DNA of 64,000 nucleotides from Eledone cirrhosa (taxonomy: Eukaryota). Positions 1 through 12,389 of this stretch are shown piece after piece (within the stretch, counting starts at the first letter, position 1; the number at the start of each line of letters is the position of its first letter). The notes under the pieces are model-generated. The model was not told the origin of the DNA. It searched no databases and saw nothing but the letters and a program-made list of their open reading frames with translations. A program made the position numbers and the translations under genes. The stretch lies in NCBI GenBank assembly GCA_964016885.1, contig OZ024740.1, positions 326,244,001 to 326,308,000 of the forward strand. The letters run 5' to 3'.

Positions 1-640
1 TGGCTTGTGGGAACAATGCAAGCCATGTACACAGTTGCAGTTACCAAAGTAAGAGTAGGTAATGAATTTAGTGAAGAATTCAACATGTAGGTAGGTGTAC
101 ATTAAGGCTCAGCTCTCAGTCTTCTATTATAGTTTTTCAAGCCATAACAAGAGTTTAAGGCCAGATGGCCATAGATTTCTGAATGCTGACAACCTGGTTC
201 TTTTTGCTGAATCTAAAAGAGCTAGAGAAAAAATTCTTACTGTGGAAACAAGATTAAAAGGATTCAGAATAAACTCAGCAAAGACCAAATTTTAGTAAGT
301 AGTAAATTAAAACAGGACTTCAGTCTTATCAGGGATATGGTCATACTCGGTTTGTAGAAAAGGAGTAAGTGGGAACTCTATACAATGTACACAATGTAAA
401 ACATATGTACTCAAGAGATGTAGTGAGATGGTAGGCAAACTAACAGAAGAGATAGACTTTGTAGGAAATGAGCCTCGAGTAGATAGTAGTAAGAGGCCCA
501 GTGTAAAGTAGGTGATAGCTTTTACTACCTAGATGACTGAATTAGCAGTGGAGGAGGTTGCTCTGAAAGGATAGTTGCTGGAATAAGAACAGGCTGGAAA
601 AAGTTCAGAGAACCAAAGCCTCTGTTGATAAAATGTTTCT
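1..640 (+). mobile_element. Degraded RTE-clade LINE RT fragment in the ZNF1 intron
   Basis: GVH.GSALS and ADNLVL-like RT remnants. Inverted paralogous copy at ~13300-13630 in the ZNF2 intron. Confidence 0.7.
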
Positions 641-784
641 CGGTATGAAACCTGCATCCAATCCATACAAACAGAAAAGTAGAGGTAAAATGATGATAGT
701 GATGTTATATAACTTGTAGCTGTCACTTAAGTTTAGCATATATAGCTGTAGTTTAATATCATCATCATTTTTATGTCCACTTTT

Positions 785-1130
785 CCATGTTACAAAATCT
801 GAATGTGTATTTGTAGTTAAATATATATATGATGTTACACAATCTGAAGGTATCTCTGTAGTTTAATATATATATATAATATCACATAATCTGAAGGGAT
901 CTCTATAATTTAATATATATATGTATGTCACAAAATCTGAAGGTATTTTTGTTGGTTAACATATATATATGTCACAAAATCTTAAGATGTGGCTGGAGGT
1001 TAACATATATATGTGTCTGTACTTTATATATGTTACACAATCTGAAGGTGTAGCTATAGTTTAATATATGATGGTGTAGTTTATGTGCATATGTTACATA
1101 ATCTGATGGTGTATTTGTGTTATACAATGT
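785..1130. repeat. Degenerate ~45-bp intronic tandem repeat (tgttacacaatctgaagg...atata)
   Basis: About 7 imperfect units. Reverse-complement versions lie in the introns of paralogs 2-4 (~12530, ~25070, ~55090). Confidence 0.7.
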
Positions 1131-1459
1131 GAAGATGTATATGTAGTCTGTAAATATGTAAAGTTCACATAAGATTGTATGGTGTAATTTCAATTAAGAA
1201 CTAAACTTTAATTCTTCAGGTAAATGTTTACATAGATGGTTTATCAATATATAAATGTAGTAAAGATCCCACTGTTCATTTTCTATATTTTAAATATTCT
1301 CAGTATCTTATACTGTTTTTTTTTTATTATTTCAGAATCTCAGATGACATTAAAGAATTCTTTACATTAGATACATCATCAATATTTATCATCTTTTGAA
1401 GACTAAAGGAAGACATTATACAGGATAGATTTCAAAAAAGAGGAGCGAAAACAAAAATT

Positions 1460-3244
1460 ATGGAAATGGAATTATGGGAGAAACAGGTTCATACAAAAGC
1501 GAAGCCCTATCACTGTGATATTTGTGATAAATCATTCCCTAGTAGAAGTCAGTTAAATAGACACCAAAGCATTCACACAGGGGAGAAGCCCTATCATTGT
1601 GTTATCTGTGGTAAGTCATTCTCCCGGAAAATTCACTTGTCATTTCACCAAAGCATTCATACAGGTATAAAACCACATCATTGTGATATCTGTAGTAGAT
1701 CATTCTCTCGAAAAGCAGATTTAACTAAACATAAACGATTGCATACAGGAGAGAAGCCATATCACTGTGATATCTGTGGTAAATCATTCTTTCAAAGTGG
1801 TGATGTAACTACTCACAAACGTTTTCATACAGGAGAGAAACCATATCACTGTGACATCTGTGGTAAATCATTCTTTCAAAGTTGTGCATTAATTAGGCAC
1901 AAACGTATTCATACAGGAGAGAAGCCATATCGCTGTGACATCTGTGGTAAATTTTTCACACGAAAAACTCAATTAACAATTCACACAAGCATTCATACAG
2001 GCATAAAACCATATCACTGTGATATTTGTGGTAAATCATTCACTCGAAATGCAGACTTGACTAAACATGAACAATTGCATATAGGTGTGAAACCATATCA
2101 CTGTGATATCTGTGATGAATGTTTTTTTCAAAGTAGTGACTTGACTAGACACAAACGCATTCATAAACAAGAAAAGCCATATCACTGTGATATTTGTGGT
2201 AAATCTTTCCCTCAAAATGATGCTTTAACTAGACACAAGCATATTCATACAGGAGAGAAACTATATATTAGTGACATCTGTAGTAAATCATTATCTGAAA
2301 GTGATAACTTAACGTCTCACAATCATATTCATATAGATGAGAAGCTACATATCTGTGATATCTGTGGGAAATCATTCTCTCGAGATGATGCACTAATTCA
2401 ACACAAAACTATTCATACAGGACAACCATATCAACGTGATAAAACATTTTCTGAAGCAATTCTTATTCATACAGAGGAGACATTTCATTGTGATATCTGC
2501 AGTAAATCATTCTCTCAGAATGGAGAATTAACTAAACACAAGCAGGTTCATAGAGAGAAGCCACATCACTGTGACATCTGTGGTAAATCATTTTCTCAAC
2601 GTGGTGACTTAACTACACACAAGCGTATTCATACAGGTGAGAAGCCATATCACTGTGATATCTGTGGGAAATCATTCTCTTCAAATGGAAACTTAAATGA
2701 ACACAAGCGTAGTCATACAGGAGAGAGGCCATATCACTGTGATATGTGTAGTAAATCATTCTCTACAATTGGAGGCTTAACTAAACACAAGCATCTTCAC
2801 ACGGGAGAGAAGCCATATAACTGTGAGATTTGTGATAAATCATTCTTTCACATTGGTGACTTAACTTCTCATAAACGTGTTCATACAAGAGATAAGTTGT
2901 ATCTCTGTGATATCTGTGGTCAGTCATTCTCTCATAAAAATTCCTTAAATAGACACAAACGCATTCATACAGGCGAGAAGCCATATCGTTGTGATATCTG
3001 TGGTAAAACTTTCACTGATAATAGTCCCTTAACAAATCACATGCGCACTCATACAGGTGAAAAGCCATATCGTTGTGATATCTGTGGTAAATCTTTCTCT
3101 CGAAGTGGTGATTTAACTTTACACATACGTACACATACTGGAGAGAAACCTTATCATTGTACAATTTGTGGTAAATCATTCTCTACAAATGGATCCTTAA
3201 CTTCTCACAAACGTGTTCATACAGGAGAAAAGTCATATCTCTGA
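1460..3244 (+). CDS. C2H2 zinc-finger protein (ZNF paralog 1), 19 canonical + 2 degenerate fingers
   Basis: 594-aa ORF of CxxC-x12-HxxxH repeats with TGEKPY linkers. Polypyrimidine/ttcAG acceptor at 1334-1335. An in-frame TGA at 1397-1399 shows ATG 1460 is the start. Confidence 0.95.
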   Translation: MEMELWEKQVHTKAKPYHCDICDKSFPSRSQLNRHQSIHTGEKPYHCVICGKSFSRKIHLSFHQSIHTGIKPHHCDICSRSFSRKADLTKHKRLHTGEKPYHCDICGKSFFQSGDVTTHKRFHTGEKPYHCDICGKSFFQSCALIRHKRIHTGEKPYRCDICGKFFTRKTQLTIHTSIHTGIKPYHCDICGKSFTRNADLTKHEQLHIGVKPYHCDICDECFFQSSDLTRHKRIHKQEKPYHCDICGKSFPQNDALTRHKHIHTGEKLYISDICSKSLSESDNLTSHNHIHIDEKLHICDICGKSFSRDDALIQHKTIHTGQPYQRDKTFSEAILIHTEETFHCDICSKSFSQNGELTKHKQVHREKPHHCDICGKSFSQRGDLTTHKRIHTGEKPYHCDICGKSFSSNGNLNEHKRSHTGERPYHCDMCSKSFSTIGGLTKHKHLHTGEKPYNCEICDKSFFHIGDLTSHKRVHTRDKLYLCDICGQSFSHKNSLNRHKRIHTGEKPYRCDICGKTFTDNSPLTNHMRTHTGEKPYRCDICGKSFSRSGDLTLHIRTHTGEKPYHCTICGKSFSTNGSLTSHKRVHTGEKSYL

Positions 3245-4029
3245 TCTATTTGGTATATCATTCTGTAAAAAAATTATCCTAACTACTCATATATGTATTG
3301 ATATAGGAGAGTAACCATATCAAGTCATTTTAATAAACAAATATCTTATAAATGTATTCACACGGCAAAGAATATATCACAATGTGTGGTAACAACCTTT
3401 GAACACTATATTTTATATAGCCACATTTATCTACATTAATGAGATAACTTATGATGCTTTTAATAAAATTATTCTTTAACAAATAGCATTATTGTCATTA
3501 TTTTACGAGTGCTTTTTCATTTTTGCATAAGTTGAATGGTCCTTTTCCAGCACAGCTTTCCTCCACCTACTGTATTCCTTCATCAGATTCAACCTTTTGA
3601 AATCACCACTTCTCCCCAGGTTTTCTTAGGATTTCCTCTACTGCAGATTCCTTTCACTGGGAGCTTCTGGAACATCTTGACCCAGCTATGATTGTCAGTA
3701 TGCATCACATGTCCATACCAGTGTGGTCTTGTGCCATTCACAGTGAGAATTCTCCTGTGCTGGTGTGTTTATCACCATCTTTGCTGCATCCGTTGTGTAT
3801 TTGGGAGATCATTTTGGCTTTGTAGGGAATGGTAGAATCGTGTTGTACAAAAATGCCTCTGCAGGCATCTTTCCTGTAGAATTCATTGTATATGGATCCC
3901 TTCTCTGTGATTATTAGATAATACATTTATTACTATAATATTTTTCTAATGAATTACAGGCTATTAATAAGGAGATGGAGTTGTATTCAATGCTGCTCTT
4001 TCAAAAGTCTGCCTCCATATCAATATTCC

Positions 4030-5060
4030 AACCATGTCTCCATCAATATCATTCCTTATCCTGTGCTTTGGGACAGTTGTTCAGAATTTGCTCAAAGGTT
4101 CCTTCTTTGGTAGAAAGGGTCATGTTGGCGTTTGCACATTGCCCTATAGAAACAGTTTCGATGGACTAGGTAGGACGACATAGACTTCCCACTCCACCAA
4201 ATCAAGAACTTAATTCTGTGGGTTCCACTTACAGATGTCCTGCCAGGTGTTATTTTGCTCTGCCACCAGTACCCACTTCATCCAAAAGCCTTACTATTAC
4301 ATTGCCAAAGATCTGGTTGCTCTCTCATCTTCCACTACAACTCACACTTCTCTCTGCCCTGTTCCACACTGCCGAGAAAGGACTTCCATACTTCAGCTTA
4401 CTCAACTTCTTTGGCTGCCATCTACTTTCTTTCAGCCTTCACAACAATCCATGCACTAGCCGCTTTATCTATATGTTTAAAGCAGCCAGAGTCTCTTAGA
4501 TTGATTCCTTTCTGTACTGAAGTGTCTATGTAGTTTGACCAGCGGCAGAGGTATTGGACAGATGCAACCACAACACCACCAGGTTCCCTCTGAGTTTCCT
4601 TGCCTCTGTAATGCGATATGTCACCACACCTACATATTTAAGGTAGCCAGGGACTCGCAAAATATATTTCTTTCTGTACTGAAGTGTCAATGTAGTTGTT
4701 GATCATCAAGTCAAAGAGTCATTGACATAATGCTGAAAAAGAACTTACTTTCCATGCTGAGCCATGAGATTTCCCAGAATTGGCTCATCTCTGATTTCTC
4801 CTCTTTACAGATATATATATACACCCTCAGCAAGGCTCCATGACTGGATAATAACCTGTAGAACATTCCAAAGCCGATGGAGCAGATTGGCAGTTCTTAC
4901 AGGCTTTATAGAAATGAATGTGCCTGGTCATAAGCTAGATCTCGCCCTCGTTATTATCTTTCTTACTTCCTTCAGGCCAGAATCCCTCTCATTGAATTAT
5001 CTCACTGGTTCTGGTGGTGTTATCAGTTTCCTACATACACCAAGTTGCTGGTAAAGATTT
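4030..5060 (-). mobile_element. Degraded RLE-type non-LTR retrotransposon (HERO/NeSL-like)
   Basis: Minus-strand remnants read KEVRKIITRARS, LLHRLW..AEGVYI, LRDS, EP.RIKFLI, VLPSPS, GTFEQILNNCPKA and WRH. Confidence 0.6.
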
Positions 5061-5475
5061 GAAATTAATGAAAGGAAAAAAATATTCTCCCTTTATATAT
5101 ACTTGGCGTTAGGAAGGGCATCCAACTATAGAAACCAAGCCAAAATCTGCCCCATGTGAGCTAAACATGGTCCTCTGACCTGATTCTCTCTCTAAAGGTC
5201 AACCCATTCTAGCATGGAAGATGGACGTTAAACGATGATGATATATAATTGTTTCTACTTTTCGCACAAGGCCTGCAAATAACCAGTGCATTACTGGTAC
5301 TTTATTTTATCGACCCCATCAGGATGAAAGGCAAAGTTAACCACGATGATGATATATAATGTGTGTTGGTTATGAACGTAATTAATTACAGGTTGCATGC
5401 AGTTCAAAACACCCAATGCTCTTACGAGGTCTGTCTTGTGTTGTGATGTATTTCAGAATTAAGGCAGCTGTGTAT

Positions 5476-5640
5476 AGTAAGTAGAATTGAAGTCAGTGTT
5501 GCAGCATATATACAAGTTTTATTGGCATGTTACAATTGTTTCAATATGTCTTCTTTGACATCTCATCAGATATGAGAGTTCATATGTGCAAAAACACATC
5601 TAATACATATGCTGCAACACTGATTTCGATACTACATACT
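5476..5640 (-). mobile_element. Inverted-repeat module with a hammerhead-like core (Penelope pLTR-derived?)
   Basis: Arms 5476-5510 and 5607-5640. The minus strand reads CTGATGA-gATGTC/GACAT-GAAAC-AATT-GTA at 5526-5574. Confidence 0.55.
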
Positions 5641-5668
5641 ACATACTCTCTCTCTCTATATATATATA

Positions 5669-5910
5669 TAGTTATGTAATAAACAACATAAGATAATTAT
5701 TTCATTTACCAAAGGTTTCACGAAGACAGACGTCTGTCTTCAGTCAAATAGATGTTGGGATATTGTTGACCGAAGTCAGGCTCGTCTGTCTTCGTGAAAA
5801 CTTTGGTAAATGAAATAATTATCTTATGTTGTTTATTACATAACTAAAAAGCTCTGTAGCCTACATAGAGCACTCTCTTTTCCTTTACCTTTCCTATGGA
5901 AACACTTCAT
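5669..5910. mobile_element. Inverted-repeat module (Penelope pLTR-like), same family as 59463-59680
   Basis: ~64-bp inverted arms (5669-5732 and 5783-5846). The downstream tail agctctgta..catagagcactct is shared with ~59622-59680. Confidence 0.6.
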
Positions 5911-6175
5911 ATATATATTTATATTGGCCACAAAAGGTTTCTCTCTAAAAACGAAAGGCAGATTGTATGATGCCTGTATCATCATCATCATTTCATTTTA
6001 CGTCCGCTTTTTCCCTGCTTGCAAGAGTGAGACGGGAACTGATTCTGGCTTGATTTCTACAGCTGGATGCCCTACCTAACACCAACCTCATTTACAGTGA
6101 GTGCTGGGTGCTTTTTTGCTGTGGCACCTCCACGGCCACTTTGCAGTGGAATGATAGGGACCGCAGTCCCTATCA

Positions 6176-6309
6176 TCTCATTTCTACAGCTGAGTAAACT
6201 GGAGCAATGTGAAATAAAGTGTCTTGCTCAAGGAAACAACACATCACCCGGTCTGAGAATTGAACTCACAACCTTTCGATTGCAAGGCCAATGCTCTAAC
6301 CACTAAGCC
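6176..6309 (-). mobile_element. tRNA-derived SINE
   Basis: Minus strand carries an A box (GCTTAGTGG), a B box (GAGTTCAATTC) and the core gtttccttgagcaagacacttta. Confidence 0.7.
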
Positions 6310-7110
6310 ATGTGCCTCCTGTATACGAACAGCAATGCTACATGGCAGTGAGACATGGGCATTGCGTGCAGAGGACCTGCGCAGACTGGAAAGGAACGAC
6401 GCATGCATGCTCTGTTGGATGTGTAATAGTAATATACGTGAACGGCAAAGCATAAATGAACTAAGTGAGAAATTAGGAATAAGAGGGATCAGATGCTGTT
6501 TACTTGAAAGAAGACTATGTTGGTATGGTCACGTGATGCACATGAAAGATGACAGCTGTATAAAAAAGTGCAGGCCGATCAAAATTGATGGAAGTTACGG
6601 AGTAGGTAGACCCAGAAAAACCTGGGACAATTTTTTATAAATTCTGACCTTACACAGTTGCACCTCTCTAAGACAATGTCACTGGACTGAGATCTTTGGC
6701 GCTATGCAGTAATACAGAAGACCCACCATGCCTATGTACAAAGCGAAACCTACAGTCAATAGGCACCTCTTAACCACTAGCCCTACTCTATCCTCCCACT
6801 CCCACCAACACCGCCCTCTCTCTGAAAAGTTGGTACCACAACATCCAATCCAAATAAATGAGATAATGAGATCGATATCGTGTAGGTGTCACAACAAAAA
6901 ACACAGTCCACGCTGTAATGTGGCTGTGTAGGCAACACAGTAAAAAGTTCCCAGTCCACACTGTAAATGTGGCTGGTGTTAGGAAGGGCATCCAGCCAGA
7001 TAGTCCTATATGAGCGAGACACGGTCACCCGACCAACCTTGCCTCAAGTGGGACAACTCCCATCTAACCAATGCTAGCGTGGAAGATGGACGTTAAACGA
7101 AGATGATGAT
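6310..7110 (+). mobile_element. RTE LINE 3' end with (GAT)n tail
   Basis: AMLHGSETW, RRLCWYGHV and GRPRKTW motifs, then the tail aggaagggcatccagc...ggacgttaaacgaagatgatg. Related copies at ~8040-9602, 18478-19000(-), 37790-38170, 48170-48600, 48960-50265, 51240-52310 and 57777-58420(-). Confidence 0.8.
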
Positions 7111-8040
7111 ATATAGCATAAACCTCACAATTTCTTAAAGAACTGCTTCACATTGAATATTTGGTTAGACGTACTGCATCCAGTGTAAAAAACACCCTGT
7201 TCAACAGCCAACTTGAACTCAACAATATCCCTACATCTATATGCCAGACAATTAGCATAGAATTTACTGGGATTACTTAACAAGGTGTTTCTTCTATACT
7301 CTTCTTCTTGGCCCACTTATTCCTGAGAGGGTCATGGGGACAGAGTCCTCAAACACTCCTAGCAACTCCTGTCAGAAGCAACTGACTCCAACTGATAGAG
7401 CTTGATCCCCAAGCGAGACCACTAAGCTCATTGATGTTATCCAACCATCTTGTTCGGGAGTCCTGGGTCTCCTGCCTGTTGGTTTTGTCCATAAAATCTG
7501 TTCAGCTATTCATTTCTGAGACATTCTAACCACATACCCATAGTATCGGAGCTATGATCTCTCAATTTGGAGAATTAGTGGCTCTACCTGGAGTGACTCT
7601 GATCTCTGAGCTACATACTCTATCGAGTAACATTACTCCAAAAACCCTTCAGAGAAACACCATTTCGGCCGCTTGTATTTGTGATCATATTCTGTCAGTT
7701 ATTATTCTAGATTTATGACCATAGGTAAGAGTTGGCATGAATGCCGAATTGAAAATAGCAAGTTGGGCTTTTACACCTACTTCTCTTCTGATTACTGAAT
7801 GCTGAAGCTGGTGCATTACTGCATCAACTCCTGCAATTCTTGCACTTAATTCAGCTTCCTGCCTTCCATTCCTCATGAACACGGCCCTGAGATACTTGGA
7901 CTTCTCCACTTGATTCAGTGGAACTCCATTCTCAAGTAGAGTGCATTGTGAAGGCTTCCTTCAGAGTTCAAGCGTCTCAATTTTTGCAGCACTGATTTTC
8001 GTTCTAGCCATGCAGTACTCGGCATGAAACCAACTAACAG
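7110..8040 (-). mobile_element. RTE-clade LINE RT/C-terminal fragment
   Basis: KYLRAVF and PTLTYGH motifs. Same family as 19120-21330 and 32545-32990. Confidence 0.7.
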
Positions 8041-11000
8041 CAAAGTGTTTTTTCTCTTACAGTGAAGGGTATACTGTATGATCCCTTTGTGTGAACCGCA
8101 ATGTTACATGGCAGTGAAACAAGGGACTTGACCGCAGCAGACGTGCAGAGGCTAGAAAGAAATTATGCTACGAGTATGCTACGATGGATGTGCAATGTTA
8201 GTGTACATGAGTGACATAGCATAAGCAAACTGAGGGAAAAACATGGATCAGAGGAATTGGTTACAGTGTACAAGAGAAATGACTGCGTTGGTATGGCTAT
8301 GTTTTACGCATGGAAGAGGACAGCTGCTAAAAGAAATGCCGAGAAACCCCACCTAGGACTGGTGGAAGAGGCAGAGCCAGGAAGACATGGGATGAGATTG
8401 TAACGACTGACCTTAGAAAGCTAAACCATACAACAGAAATGACTAAAGACCGCAAGAGCTGGCGCTATGCAGTGCTGGAGAAGACTGACCTGCTGCTTAC
8501 AATATGACCTGACCTCCCCTTCTCTAAGTGCCCCATAACAGTATTTCTCAATTACTTCACACACCTGAACACATTATTGGCAGCTTCATATCCCCCGCGA
8601 GAAGTGGCTGTGATAGGAAGGGCTCCCAGCCAAGCAAACAAAAGTTCAGGAAGATCCTTCAGCTGTGACATGAACATGACAACCTCCCTAGTGTTGGTGA
8701 TCTACGTGATAAATACACCCAGTAAATTAACTGAGACAACTAGGCATAAAAGGGATCAGATGCAGTGTGCAGGAGAAGAGAATGCGTTGGTATGGATAAG
8801 TGATGTGTATGAAGGATGACAGCTGTATAAAAAGGTGTAGGTCGGTCAAAGTTGATGGAAGAGTAGGAAGGCAATGACACAGGATTGAGATCTCTGGCAT
8901 TAAGCAGTAATGCAGAAGAGCCGCCTTCCCATGTGCATGGGTTGAAGAATACATCTTGTATACACTACCTTCTCCTACCCCTTCCATATACTTCCACATC
9001 CTAACTCTCCTACCTTCATCCACATCCCTCCCCCTCATCCCCACACTCCACCCACATCTTTACACATCACCCTTGCCGGAACACTCTGCCCCCTCACCAC
9101 ATCCCTAGATCTACATCCCCAATCCCCACACACAAGTCACCAGGCAAGACTGTCATGTGGTCGTGATGGCAACATGGCAAAAAGAGTCCAGCCCACACTG
9201 TCACACTCTAAGGTGGTTGTGTAGGTGACCCAACAAAAAGCGACCAGCCTACACTGTAAAGTGGTTGTGTAGAGGCCACAACAAAAGGTGCCAAACCCAC
9301 ACTGTAAAGAGGTCATGCGACATGACAAAAAGTGCCCAGTTGATGCTGTAAAGTGGGCGTGTAGGTGACACTACAAACAGCGCCCACATTCGACACTGTA
9401 AAGTGGTCTGGTAGACGTCACAACAAAAAGCACCTAGCCCACACTGTAATTCTGGTTGGTGTTAGAAAGGGCATCCAGCCAAAGAAACCAAGTAAAAACC
9501 AGTTCTGTATGAACAAGCCATGGTCATCTGACCTGGCTTGTCTCACAATAGGGCAACTCGTCTAATGGAAAAATGGATGTTAAACAGTGATGATGATGAT
9601 GACACATTTTTGTTATAAAATGTTAAATAACCAGGGTTGCTTCTACAACATTCCAACCAATAAAGAATGATGTAATTGGGATCAAGCACTCAACATTATT
9701 TGTATTGTGCCAATTCCAATGTTGTAGTTCTCATGATGGAGTTTGCATTACATAATTCACTATAAAACATATTTCTATGGTGTTATTACATAATGTTGCC
9801 ATCACTAACATGACTACATCAGACAGCATCTTAGGTAATACATTTATTATGTAATGTATTTCTAGTACAATACAATCAACTGATAAGAGGGGAGACTTTT
9901 GAAAGAGTAACATTGAATACAACTCTATTCCCTTATCAATAGCTTGTAATGCATCAGAAAAATATTACAGAGAAGGGATCCATATACATCAAATTCTGCA
10001 GGAAAGATACCTGCAGAGACATTTTTGTACAACACGATTCTGCCTGCACTACAAAGCCAAAATGGCCTATGTACAGAATGAGATCTCCTAAATACACAAC
10101 AGATGCAGCAACGGTGGTGACAAACACACCAGCGCACAACAGAAAAGGTAGACTTTGTATGTGGAAGATGTAGAGAGGTAGTTAGTAGTAAGAGCTCCAG
10201 CAAAATAAAATGTTTCCAATCCTGAGAAAGTCCATAGAAGTAATTGACAGCTTTTGCTACCTGGATAACTAGGTAAATAGCATTGGAGGCGATTGCTCTG
10301 AAAGTATGGTAGGTAGAATAAGAACAAGCTGGAAAACGTTTAGGGAGTTACTACTTCAGTTGATAACAAAAGGATTTTCTCAGGCTGACTGTATGCCTGG
10401 GTGCAAAGTATTGTTTAGCATGGAAGTGAAACATGGGCAGTAATTACAGAGGATATGCCAAAGTTGGAGAGAAATGAAGGATGCACATATGAGGAGGAAT
10501 CAAATGTAGTGTGCAAAAGAGAAGACTGCACTAGTAGGGACATCTGTATGATGCATACAGAAGATGACTTGGTTAAGTTCCTAGTGATAAGAATCTGTAA
10601 TACAGGAAGGCCAAGAAAGACTAGACAGAAATGGTGATAGCAGAACTCAAAATATTGATCCTAACCCAATTCAACCTATGCAAGCATGAAATAACAGGTG
10701 TAAAGAAATGATAAGGATAATTGTGAAAGATTAACTTCATTAAATACATCATAATGGTAAGTTATCTCAGTATGGGAGAAAAATTGAATATAAGTGGAAT
10801 CAAATGTAGAGTGCAAAAGACGAGACCACACTGGTTTGGCCATGTGATGTATACTGACAATCATTGTTGGATGAAGATGTGCCAGAAGTTCCCAGTGAAA
10901 GGAATTTGCAGTACAGGAAGGCCTAGGAAAACCTGTGGAGAAGTGGTAATAGCAGATTTCAAAAGGTTGAACCAGATGAAGGAATACAGTAGATGGAAGG

Positions 11001-11285
11001 AAGTTGTGCTGGAAAAGAATTATTCAACAAAAAAGCCCATGTAAAATGATGATGGCAATAATGCTATTTGTGAAAGAATAATTTTATTAAAAGCTTCATG
11101 ATAATAAGTTATCTCAGTAATGTAGATAAATGTGGCTATATAAAATAGTGTTCAAAGATTGTTACCACACATTGTGATATGTTCTTTGCTGTATGAATAC
11201 ATTTATAGTTATATAAGATATTTTTTTTAAAATGACTTTTGACATTGATATGGTTACTCTTCTGTATTAATATATACATGAGTTG

Positions 11286-12389
11286 TTAAGATAATTTATG
11301 AACACGTTTGTGCAAAGTTAAAGATCCATTTGTAGCAAATGATTTACCACAAATTGTACAGTGATATGGTTTCTCTCCAGTATGAATACGTATGTGCAAA
11401 GTTAAGTCACCACTCCGAGAGAAAGATTTACCACAGATGTCACAGGGATAAGGCTTCTCTCCTGTATGTGTGCGCATGTGATTTGTTAAGGGACTACTAT
11501 CAGTGAAAGATTTACCACAGATATCACAATGATATGGCTTCTCACCTGTATGAGTGCGTTTGTGTCTAGTTAAGGAACTCTTATGAGAGAATGGTTGACC
11601 ACAGATATCACAGAGATACAACTTATCTCTTGTATGAACACGGTTGTGAGAAGTTAAGTCACCATTATGAAAGAATGATTTATCACAGATGTTACAGTGA
11701 TATGGCTTTTCTCCTGTATGAAGATGCTTGTGATTAGTTAAGGCTGCATTTGTAGAGAATGATTTGCTACAGATGTCACAGAGATATGGTTTTATGCCTG
11801 TATGGACACTTTGGTGAAATGACAAGTTAGCTTTTCCGGGGAATGATTTACCACAGATGTCGCAATGGTAGGGCTTCTTCCCTGTGTGAATGATTTGGTG
11901 TCTATTTAACTGACTGCTAGTAAAGAATGATTTATCACAAATATCACAATGATAAAGCTTCTCTCCTGTATGAATACGTGTGTGTACAGTTAATTTACCT
12001 TTTTCATAAAATGATTTGCCACAGATTTCACATTGATATGGCTTTTCTCCTGTGTGAATACGTTTGTGTCTAATTAAGAGTCTTCCTTGAACAAATGATT
12101 TACCACAAATATCACAGTGATATGGTTTCTCTCCTGTATGAATATATTTATGTATAGTTAAGCTTTGTTTCTGATGGTATGATTTACCACAAATATCACA
12201 GTGATATGGCTTTTCTCCTGTATGAATATGTTTGTGAGAAGTTAGTTGATATTTTTTAGAGAATGTTTTATCACAGATATCACAAGGATATGATGTCTTT
12301 CCTGTCTCTTTCAATACTTCACTCGAAAAATCATTGCTTTCAGGCTCTGTCTTAATCTCAACCTGTTTTTCCCATAATTTGTTTTCCAT
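11286..12389 (-). CDS. C2H2 zinc-finger protein (ZNF paralog 2), 12 fingers
   Basis: 367-aa ORF. N-terminus [16 protein letters not shown]. Paralogous splice acceptor at 12506-12507. Confidence 0.95.
   Translation of the reverse strand: MENKLWEKQVEIKTEPESNDFSSEVLKETGKTSYPCDICDKTFSKKYQLTSHKHIHTGEKPYHCDICGKSYHQKQSLTIHKYIHTGEKPYHCDICGKSFVQGRLLIRHKRIHTGEKPYQCEICGKSFYEKGKLTVHTRIHTGEKLYHCDICDKSFFTSSQLNRHQIIHTGKKPYHCDICGKSFPGKANLSFHQSVHTGIKPYLCDICSKSFSTNAALTNHKHLHTGEKPYHCNICDKSFFHNGDLTSHNRVHTRDKLYLCDICGQPFSHKSSLTRHKRTHTGEKPYHCDICGKSFTDSSPLTNHMRTHTGEKPYPCDICGKSFSRSGDLTLHIRIHTGEKPYHCTICGKSFATNGSLTLHKRVHKLS

Noticed and set aside
3245-3325. Additional zinc finger after the ZNF1 stop
   Set aside because: Frameshifted relic with stops, now 3'UTR. 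Similar relics follow the other paralogs.
3555-3590. Minus-strand CTGATGA...GAAA hammerhead candidate
   Set aside because: No stem II or stem I pairing; lies within an RTE LINE tail.
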